A stretch of 13,377 nt of DNA from a virus, in IMG/VR virus record IMGVR_UViG_3300028844_004135, one strand, 5' to 3'. This document shows, piece after piece, positions 7,909-13,233 of this stretch. Every line of letters starts with the position of its first letter. Within the stretch, counting starts at the first letter, position 1. The translations under genes and the position numbers were made by a program. Under the pieces are notes generated by a model. It was given only the letters and a program-made list of their open reading frames with translations, was not told the DNA's origin and did not search any database.

Positions 7909-7938
7909 ATTATAACACGAATAATACCATTATGTTAA
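7909..7938 (-). promoter_or_regulatory. Near-consensus sigma70-like promoter with extended -10 for the structural operon
   Basis: The minus strand reads TTAACA (7933-7938), an 18-nt spacer, then TGtTATAAT (hexamer 7909-7914). It lies in the 83-bp gap before the 85-aa gene and portal. Confidence 0.6.
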
Positions 7939-7956
7939 CTTAGATGGTAATAATTC

Positions 7957-8445
7957 TCATTTTCTTTTACACTTGTATAGAAAACATCCATTATTCACCA
8001 ATGATTTAATAGGGACCTTGTAAGACATAGTACGGTCATAGCCTTGCATACCTTTATACTTCCTATTTAGGCTTTCTGTATAAGCGGTTGTATAGACTGT
8101 AGACCAATTATTACTATTTACATATTCCTTTAGTTTACTTGCATCGAATATATACCAAGAGCTAGGAGTGGCAATAGCATATAAATCAGCTTCACATGAA
8201 ATAAAGTTACCATCTATAGTTTCAAGGTCCCTAGTCCTAATTTGTTTATATTCAAATAAAAACATATTGAACTTGTCAGCACTATGTTGTTCCTTAACAC
8301 TAACTGTTCTCTTGTCTTTACGTATAGTGCAATCAATGTCTTTATTCTGTTGTACCATAGAGGTGTTCAAGTAAGCACCACCATAATCTTCCATCAATGC
8401 ACAAAACTCTTTCTCGGCTTTCATTCCTGTTTCGTAATACTTCAT
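7957..8445 (-). CDS. PD-(D/E)xK-like nuclease (Hjc/endonuclease-like), tentative
   Basis: The RBS is AGGAGG. GMKAEKEF ... DIDCTI ... VSVKEQ follows the E / D / (D/E)xK spacing of restriction-endonuclease-fold nucleases, with Ser at the usual acidic position. Confidence 0.4.
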   Translation of the reverse strand: MKYYETGMKAEKEFCALMEDYGGAYLNTSMVQQNKDIDCTIRKDKRTVSVKEQHSADKFNMFLFEYKQIRTRDLETIDGNFISCEADLYAIATPSSWYIFDASKLKEYVNSNNWSTVYTTAYTESLNRKYKGMQGYDRTMSYKVPIKSLVNNGCFLYKCKRK

Positions 8446-8472
8446 TTAACCTCCTATATTGGATTGTTATTA

Positions 8473-8970
8473 TTATTTGTAACAGTGTTGTAACTGTTTA
8501 TGTAAATCTTTAGCTAGGATTACTTCACCATTATATAATATAGTAGCTTCTTTAAAGACTTGTGAGGCTTTTAAACCCTTTTCATCTACTACGGTGTCAT
8601 TATAAGTGAAGTCTCCTCTGAGGTGGTGTGTAATAGCCTTATTTGCACATACCAGACTATTCATCCAGTTCTTAATTGTGGTAGTTGAATATAACTTCTC
8701 CCCTGTAGCAATACGTTTTACATTGAGGTATTCAGCTACTGTAATAGTACTGATTTCATCTAACACACTAATCATACGAAATACTCTATATGAAGAAGGT
8801 GGTCTTGTTCCTGTTTGTAAGTTACCACTACCTGCTAATAAGTCATCTAACCATTCTGGTATGAAGTTAGTGAATGAATTGTAGTCATAAATGTCCTGAC
8901 CTACCTTTTGTAAGTATTCTTTTACTTCTATATTCTTTGTTACTATTACACTACCTTTAGTTCTAGCCAT
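8473..8970 (-). CDS. HTH-like DNA-binding protein (165 aa); small-terminase, regulator or initiator candidate
   Basis: The RBS is AAGGAGA. ITVAEYLNVKRIATGEKLYSTTTIKNWMN is a putative HTH segment. The size fits a TerS, but the gene is not adjacent to TerL. Confidence 0.4.
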   Translation of the reverse strand: MARTKGSVIVTKNIEVKEYLQKVGQDIYDYNSFTNFIPEWLDDLLAGSGNLQTGTRPPSSYRVFRMISVLDEISTITVAEYLNVKRIATGEKLYSTTTIKNWMNSLVCANKAITHHLRGDFTYNDTVVDEKGLKASQVFKEATILYNGEVILAKDLHKQLQHCYK

Positions 8971-9009
8971 TTTGTTTCTCCTTTATTTGGATTAATAATT
9001 TATGTACCC

Positions 9010-9960
9010 TTAACTAGGTACTGTTTGTGAGTACCTTTCTGAGACATCACCAACCTTAGTAATTATAAGATTGTTGCTTTCTTCTATTGACTCATGCTCT
9101 GTGTTGTAACCCTCAGCAAAAGGCATAATTAGCTCACCTGTTGGGTAGTCATTTGTTCTTACACCAGTTATTTCATGATTCCAATGTGTATTATTGAAAG
9201 CAGGGACACCAGAGCCTGAAATCTCACTACCAAAGGTATTGTAAGACACAAAGTCTGGGTATAGGTTTACAGTAGACCCTACTTTAACATCATCTATTTT
9301 AACATACCATTCACCTAATCCATCACGTCCATATTCTAAAGTATGAACACCAGTTTCAAGTGATTTTCTAATTGTCTGACCAAGGCTTACTACTGGAAGG
9401 ACATTACTAACTGTACCTGCGAATAGATTATATGACGTTCCTGACATAAAGACTCTGAACTGTGCACCTGATGAGTTTGACAATAAGTGGAAACTGTTAG
9501 AGCTGAACTTACCTACTAATTTATGAGAGAAAGCACCATCAATATTAAGTGGTGCAGGGAAAGCTACATAACTAGGGCTACGCATATTCCAGTACCATCT
9601 AGGTTCTTCTGGTAATAACTCAGTAGTAATAACATTGCTTGCAGTTACACCTGTGTTAGTAGTTATACTTACATTAGGTAACTCATTCCCTTCTTCAAGG
9701 TAAGAGAAACCTTCATTAGTTAGTAATACATTAAAACCATCTATAGAATAATAACCTTCTACATTAGTACCATTTGTAAAACTGAATGTTAACGCATCAT
9801 CTTCGTCACTAGCAGTGAATGTACATACAACATCACCTGCAACGGTAGTACCTTGGACTACAGTGCCATCATTAACTGTTAAATAAGTTGGTTCATCTGG
9901 TATTACATCACCGCCCTCGGCTACATATTCCCACCATTCTTTTTCATTTATAATTGCCAT
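9010..9960 (-). CDS. Putative adhesin-like protein: N-terminal cadherin/Ig-like domain plus C-terminal ConA-like lectin/LamG-like domain
   Basis: The RBS is AAGGAA. The N-terminus (GTTVAGDVVCTFTASDEDDALTFSF...YYSIDGFNVLLTNEG) has a cadherin-like pattern. The C-terminus (QFRVFMSG..., LGEWYVKIDDVKVGS) has a LamG-like pattern. This is motif-level recognition only. Confidence 0.45.
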   Translation of the reverse strand: MAIINEKEWWEYVAEGGDVIPDEPTYLTVNDGTVVQGTTVAGDVVCTFTASDEDDALTFSFTNGTNVEGYYSIDGFNVLLTNEGFSYLEEGNELPNVSITTNTGVTASNVITTELLPEEPRWYWNMRSPSYVAFPAPLNIDGAFSHKLVGKFSSNSFHLLSNSSGAQFRVFMSGTSYNLFAGTVSNVLPVVSLGQTIRKSLETGVHTLEYGRDGLGEWYVKIDDVKVGSTVNLYPDFVSYNTFGSEISGSGVPAFNNTHWNHEITGVRTNDYPTGELIMPFAEGYNTEHESIEESNNLIITKVGDVSERYSQTVPS

Positions 9961-9988
9961 GTTGATTCCTTAGATTATAAAGTATAAA

Positions 9989-10276
9989 TTAAAGGTTCCA
10001 ATCTTGAACATATAGGTTTAAAGAATGTTCACCTTCTTGTGTACAGCGAATCCATGCTTCTTTTGAGCCTGTTAGGATGACCTTAGACGGCTCTGAATTG
10101 CTCAGTGGTGTAATCACCTCACCTGCAAATGAATCGATGCTAGGCTTGGTGTCAGACAGTGCAATAACAAAGAATTTATTAGATTGATTCTGAGCTTTAA
10201 GTTGTGTTCCTACAGAGATTAGTGATTCAGTGTTAATACTAACCCAATCGTCTGTTTTATTTGTAAGTAGTGGCAT
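9989..10276 (-). CDS. Hypothetical protein (95 aa)
   Basis: It is translationally coupled to the upstream ORF (TAATG) and has a beta-rich composition. No family was recognised. Confidence 0.55.
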   Translation of the reverse strand: MPLLTNKTDDWVSINTESLISVGTQLKAQNQSNKFFVIALSDTKPSIDSFAGEVITPLSNSEPSKVILTGSKEAWIRCTQEGEHSLNLYVQDWNL

Positions 10277-10461
10277 TATTTAGTTTCCTTTTTATTGTGT
10301 AATTTGAGTTCTTGTTGAATGGCATAGTGAATAGACCTACCATCATATTTAGCCATGAGTTTTTCATATAACCATACTGGCATACCAAGGTTGTTTACTG
10401 TATAACCTTTAGCAGGACAACGCGTTACACTAATAATCTCTTGCTCGTAATTTCTTTCCAT
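10276..10461 (-). CDS. Small hypothetical protein (61 aa), possible regulator
   Basis: The ATG is preceded by AAAGGAGAG and the C-terminus is basic. The stop overlaps the next start (TAATG). Function is inferred only from the adjacent promoter and palindrome. Confidence 0.5.
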   Translation of the reverse strand: MERNYEQEIISVTRCPAKGYTVNNLGMPVWLYEKLMAKYDGRSIHYAIQQELKLHNKKETK

Positions 10462-10488
10462 AATACTCTCCTTTATTGAAAATGATTA

Positions 10489-10506
10489 ACCTACTTTCTA
10501 GTAGGT
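10489..10506. promoter_or_regulatory. 18-bp palindrome (ACCTACTttctAGTAGGT) between -10 and RBS: operator-like site or 5' stem-loop
   Basis: It has perfect 7-bp arms and a 4-nt centre. It lies about 9 nt downstream of the TATAAT box and upstream of AAAGGAGAG. Confidence 0.5.
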
Positions 10507-10514
10507 ATTCGTAT

Positions 10515-10543
10515 ATTATAACTGTTCTGTATAACTAATACAA
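10515..10543 (-). promoter_or_regulatory. Sigma70-like promoter for the middle operon (61-aa gene onward)
   Basis: The minus strand reads TTGTAT (10538-10543), a 17-nt spacer, then TATAAT (10515-10520). Confidence 0.6.
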
Positions 10544-10558
10544 TCTTATTAGGCAATA

Positions 10559-11005
10559 CTAAAAAGGTATTCCTTCACCTAACTTACTACATAATACTCG
10601 TTGTCTAGAAGCTTCAATCTCTTTAGCTACATTAATAGCAGGTAGGAATGGCATAACCTGTTTACATAATTTAATATATTCATCCTCAGAACTAAGTAGT
10701 CTTACTAAATCCATTACAGCCTCAAAGCAAACAGCACGAAAAGGGTTACCAACACTATTATAATGAATCTGTACATACTGAGTTAAATCATTCTTAACTA
10801 GAACAGCATCCTGTGTGTCTGTAGCTTCCATAAAGACGATTTTAGGTAAGGTTAATAGCATTGCATTCATCTGTCTCATACTCAACCCTAAAGCCTTATT
10901 AAGCTCCTTAAATGAATATAAGTTTTGGTTAGTTTTAAAGGGGGCTACCTCTTTACCCCAAATTACTAGTGTAGGGTAGATTGCTGTAGTTGTTTCATTG
11001 TTCAT
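10559..11005 (-). CDS. Hypothetical protein with HTH-like segment (148 aa)
   Basis: The ATG is preceded by AAGGAGA. SFKELNKALGLSMRQMNAML looks like a helix-turn-helix. No family was confidently recognised. Confidence 0.5.
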   Translation of the reverse strand: MNNETTTAIYPTLVIWGKEVAPFKTNQNLYSFKELNKALGLSMRQMNAMLLTLPKIVFMEATDTQDAVLVKNDLTQYVQIHYNSVGNPFRAVCFEAVMDLVRLLSSEDEYIKLCKQVMPFLPAINVAKEIEASRQRVLCSKLGEGIPF

Positions 11006-11046
11006 ATATTTCTCCTTATGGATTAAAGCATTATTGCTTAGGTGTT

Positions 11047-11074
11047 ACTATACTCTTATTATTATAGTATGCAA
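11047..11074 (-). promoter_or_regulatory. Sigma70-like promoter for the 148-aa gene
   Basis: The minus strand reads TTGCAT (11069-11074), a 16-nt spacer, then TATAGT (11047-11052). RBS AAGGAGA and the ATG at 11005 follow. Confidence 0.6.
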
Positions 11075-11119
11075 CACTTTATTTAAAATTATTATACTTT
11101 TCTTTACTATAAGGGCACC

Positions 11120-11142
11120 ATAATAAAAGACACCCCTATATA
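11120..11142 (+). repeat. Repeat A copy 1 (ATAATAAAAGACACCCCTATATA)
   Basis: This 23-mer recurs at 11184-11206 and, with one mismatch, at 11357-11379. Confidence 0.9.
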
Positions 11143-11175
11143 CTAGACAATAGATTACACTAAATAACAGTGGGT

Positions 11176-11206
11176 TATACTAAATAATAAAAGACACCCC
11201 TATATA
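11176..11206 (+). repeat. Repeat A copy 2
   Basis: The perfect 28-mer TATACTAAATAATAAAAGACACCCCTAT (11176-11203) is identical to 11349-11376. Confidence 0.9.
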
Positions 11207-11230
11207 TACCTTACTTAAAGTGTTCAAGAC

Positions 11231-11266
11231 TAATACCTAATGTGTGAGCGTAGCGAGTTGGTATTA
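11231..11266 (-). repeat. Hairpin unit H1 (inverted orientation relative to H2-H4)
   Basis: Arms TAATACC/GGTATTA flank a 22-nt core. The core TGTGTGAGCGTAGCGAGT (11241-11258) is the exact reverse complement of 11388-11405. Confidence 0.85.
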
Positions 11267-11293
11267 AGATTATTAATTTAATAACAGTGTGCC

Positions 11294-11311
11294 TTTGACT
11301 TTAGTCTTTTA
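11294..11311 (+). repeat. Repeat D copy 1 (TTTGACTTTAGTCTTTTA), contains a TTGACT -35-like hexamer
   Basis: It matches 17/18 in inverted orientation at 11500-11517. Both copies are followed by ATCTTTTAAAA (11321-11331; complement of 11472-11482). Confidence 0.8.
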
Positions 11312-11348
11312 ATAAAACAAATCTTTTAAAACAAAATTACTTAAATAA

Positions 11349-11379
11349 TATACTAAATAATAAAAGACACCCCTATTAT
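11349..11379 (+). repeat. Repeat A copy 3
   Basis: It shares a perfect 28-mer with copy 2 and sits immediately upstream of hairpin unit H2. Confidence 0.9.
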
Positions 11380-11380
11380 A

Positions 11381-11414
11381 TATAACTACTCGCTACGCTC
11401 ACACATCAGTTATA
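11381..11414 (+). repeat. Hairpin unit H2
   Basis: Arms TATAACT/AGTTATA flank the 20-nt core ACTCGCTACGCTCACACATC. Confidence 0.85.
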
Positions 11415-11499
11415 TGTTAGAGTACTATACTAAATAATACTATACTAAAGTGATTAAAAGATTAAGTTCTTTTTTAAAAGATTATTTTATATTAAAACC

Positions 11500-11517
11500 T
11501 AAAAGACTAAAGACAAA
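11500..11517 (-). repeat. Repeat D copy 2 (inverted); possible minus-strand promoter TTGTCT-N16-TAATAT
   Basis: The minus strand reads TTTGTCTTTAGTCTTTTA followed by ggttt TAATAT. The repeat is certain; the promoter reading is weak. Confidence 0.6.
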
Positions 11518-11556
11518 ACCAATACTATTATTACTAACGTAATGGTGTAGTACTAT

Positions 11557-11590
11557 TATAACCAGTTCACTACGTTCAATAGTGGTTATA
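11557..11590 (+). repeat. Hairpin unit H3
   Basis: Arms TATAACCA/TGGTTATA flank the 18-nt core GTTCACTACGTTCAATAG, which is related to the H2 and H4 cores. Confidence 0.8.
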
Positions 11591-11603
11591 GTGTAGAATA
11601 GCC

Positions 11604-11633
11604 CTTGACCTTAATCTCTTATTATTTAATGTA
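11604..11633 (+). repeat. Repeat D copy 3 (degenerate), TTGACC-N16-TAATGT
   Basis: CTTGACCTTAATCTCTTA resembles copy 1. If active as a plus-strand promoter, it would transcribe H4 antisense to the KilA-N 3' end. Confidence 0.45.
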
Positions 11634-11658
11634 AAACCTGTGTTAAGTATAATACTAT

Positions 11659-11695
11659 TATAACCAACTCGCTAACGCTCATACATGTGGTTATA
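11659..11695 (+). repeat. Hairpin unit H4, overlapping the KilA-N stop codon
   Basis: Arms TATAACCA/TGGTTATA flank the 21-nt core ACTCGCTAACGCTCATACATG. The right arm contains the TAA stop (11691-11693). Confidence 0.85.
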
Positions 11696-12323
11696 GGGTA
11701 ACTCTATTTTGTATAGCCTCTAGTGTACTATTAATAGCCTCAATATTCTCCTTCATCCAAGCCTTACCTAAACGAGTAATACGTAAAGAACTACCATGCT
11801 TACCATAGTTCCTATTCTTTAGTATACCACGCTCAATAAAGCTTTCTAACTGCTTAGGCTTCTTGGCAAGTTGCATGAATAAAACTATATGACTTACATC
11901 TAACATACCACAAGCGTCTCTAATAGGTGTCTCAGCGTAGTTCATCCACTTATTGTGTGAGTGAGTCTCTATAGAGGTTGTTTGTGCTAATGCTACAGCT
12001 TTCTCAACCTCACCATTACGTAAAGCAACAAAAGATTCTACTACAGTACTATAGAAGTCAAAACTAATCCACATTGCATAAGCTACTGTAGCAAGCTCAT
12101 CACCACCGATGTAAGTAGAAGTTCCTGCACCTAAGTGATTGATTTGTATAGACTGTGAATTCCCACTCTGTAGTAATGCCTTACCTGTTTGGTAACGGTT
12201 GAATTGGGAAGGACGTTTAGAATCAGGTAACGACTCTCTATTCCAAATGTCATTAAGGTTTAAGAACCCATCATCATTAGAGGTGTAGCTATTGTTATTA
12301 ATAATTATTGTAAATACTTTCAT
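11691..12323 (-). CDS. KilA-N domain DNA-binding protein
   Basis: The blocks GFLNLNDIW and LATVAYAMWISFDFYSTVVESF match the KilA-N pattern. I moved the start from the GTG at 12347 to the ATG at 12323, which follows AAGGAGA at 6-nt spacing. Confidence 0.7.
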   Translation of the reverse strand: MKVFTIIINNNSYTSNDDGFLNLNDIWNRESLPDSKRPSQFNRYQTGKALLQSGNSQSIQINHLGAGTSTYIGGDELATVAYAMWISFDFYSTVVESFVALRNGEVEKAVALAQTTSIETHSHNKWMNYAETPIRDACGMLDVSHIVLFMQLAKKPKQLESFIERGILKNRNYGKHGSSLRITRLGKAWMKENIEAINSTLEAIQNRVTL

Positions 12324-12362
12324 TATATTCTCCTTATATGGAACCACAATTGGTTTGAGAGG

Positions 12363-12391
12363 ACTATAACAAGGTCTAATATATAGTGCAA
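12363..12391 (-). promoter_or_regulatory. Sigma70-like promoter with extended -10 upstream of the KilA-N gene
   Basis: The minus strand reads TTGCAC (12386-12391), a 17-nt spacer, then TGtTATAGT (-10 hexamer at 12363-12368, TG at 12370-12371). Confidence 0.6.
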
Positions 12392-12405
12392 GTATTTATT
12401 TACTA

Positions 12406-12633
12406 TTATTCTTCTTTAGCTTCAACCTCCTTTAAGTTCTCTATAAATTTAGCTAACCAAACATCATCAGCAGTATTAGTAGTGTATTTAGTAATACGAG
12501 TAGCTAAGTCTAATAACATCCATTGCATAAACTTCTCACTCGCCATAGACATAATCATAGTGACAAGAGTCTTACCTAATTTACCTACAAGTGACTCTAG
12601 TACCCATAAGATTGGTTTCATAAATAACGGCAT
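12406..12633 (-). CDS. Hypothetical early protein (75 aa), hydrophobic N-terminal half and acidic C-terminus
   Basis: The ATG is preceded by aaaAGGAacaaat. It is the first ORF after the right-end leader. The overlapping plus-strand ORF 12386-12649 has no RBS. No family was recognised. Confidence 0.55.
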   Translation of the reverse strand: MPLFMKPILWVLESLVGKLGKTLVTMIMSMASEKFMQWMLLDLATRITKYTTNTADDVWLAKFIENLKEVEAKEE

Positions 12634-13167
12634 AATTTGTTCCTTTTAGTTGTGTAATAACCCTAATACTGAGAATTCAGCGTTAGTAGTATAATTGAAT
12701 AAAGTAATATGTAATCACCTTATTGTTATAGTATAACATATATTAATCTAATCATGGTGTATTCAGTCCCCTATAAGGTAATAATGTCTATTCTAAGGCT
12801 CGTAAACTCACCTTAGAGGAGTGATGGGACTATAGCAATGTAATCATTCGCCTACGTGAAATGGGCTGTGTAGATGGTGGAATAAATGGTCTACAGAGTA
12901 TGGTACGCCTACGTTAGTAGGAATTGGTGTAGACATAGTATAGTACATTATGTGATGGATTATTTCATCGTAGAGAGTGGTAAAACACTGTGTGGATGAT
13001 GGTCATATTGGGACGTGATTATAGTGTGAGAAATGGTTAAATTATGGTGATGTGTTAAAAACCGTTTCTACTGTATAAATAACCAGTAGTTTCAATAAAT
13101 ACAAGTACCTGACGTTAATTTCATTTTAGGATTCTATAAATAGGGCTTACGAGTACTAATTCCCACT

Positions 13168-13214
13168 GACAAATCAATAAATAATTATGGGAATCTGCTA
13201 ACGACAAATCAATA
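13168..13214. repeat. Phased 12-bp direct repeats GACAAATCAATA just inside the right terminal repeat
   Basis: Perfect copies lie at 13168-13179 and 13203-13214 (35-bp spacing). A third partial copy, GAATCAATA, begins the terminal repeat at 13237-13245. Confidence 0.85.
13184..13212 (-). promoter_or_regulatory. Candidate early promoter TTGATT-N17-CATAAT
   Basis: The minus-strand -35 TTGATT (13207-13212) lies inside the second 12-bp repeat, with -10 CATAAT at 13184-13189. It would give a ~540-nt untranslated leader, so this is tentative. Confidence 0.35.
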
Positions 13215-13233
13215 TTTCATTTGGTCAATCTCA

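Noticed and set aside
1429-8884. Plus-strand ORFs from the track: 1429-1647, 1669-2226, 2782-3363, 4806-5009, 5034-5228, 5235-5510, 6239-6526, 7373-7630, 8168-8374, 8284-8493 and 8606-8884.
   Set aside because: Each lies antisense within or across a longer minus-strand ORF that has a strong RBS and a recognisable product. None has a convincing Shine-Dalgarno sequence. Their low-complexity Ser/Thr/Pro/Leu-rich translations are typical of shadow frames.
11120-11379. Repeat A copies as promoters for a single-subunit phage RNAP (23-mer repeated like T7 promoters; TATAGGGG on the sense strand).
   Set aside because: In the gene-sense orientation the conserved part lies downstream of the TATA, not upstream, and the upstream sequences differ. 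In the other orientation transcription would run antisense to all genes. No RNAP is encoded. It is kept only as a minor alternative within the repeat-block finding.
11100-11700. Possible CRISPR-like array, because of repeated hairpin units.
   Set aside because: The units are irregularly spaced (about 100-170 bp apart), one is inverted, the repeats are not identical, and three different repeat families are interleaved. No cas genes are present.
12324-12347. GTG start at 12347 for the KilA-N gene (track coordinates 11691-12347).
   Set aside because: The ATG at 12323 is preceded by AAGGAGA at ideal spacing. The upstream GTG has no RBS and lies only ~16 nt downstream of the -10 box of its own promoter.
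12386-12649. Plus-strand 87-aa ORF overlapping the 75-aa minus-strand gene.
   Set aside because: It starts at a GTG embedded in the -35 box of the KilA-N promoter and has no RBS. The minus-strand ORF has an AGGA RBS and matches the uniform gene orientation.
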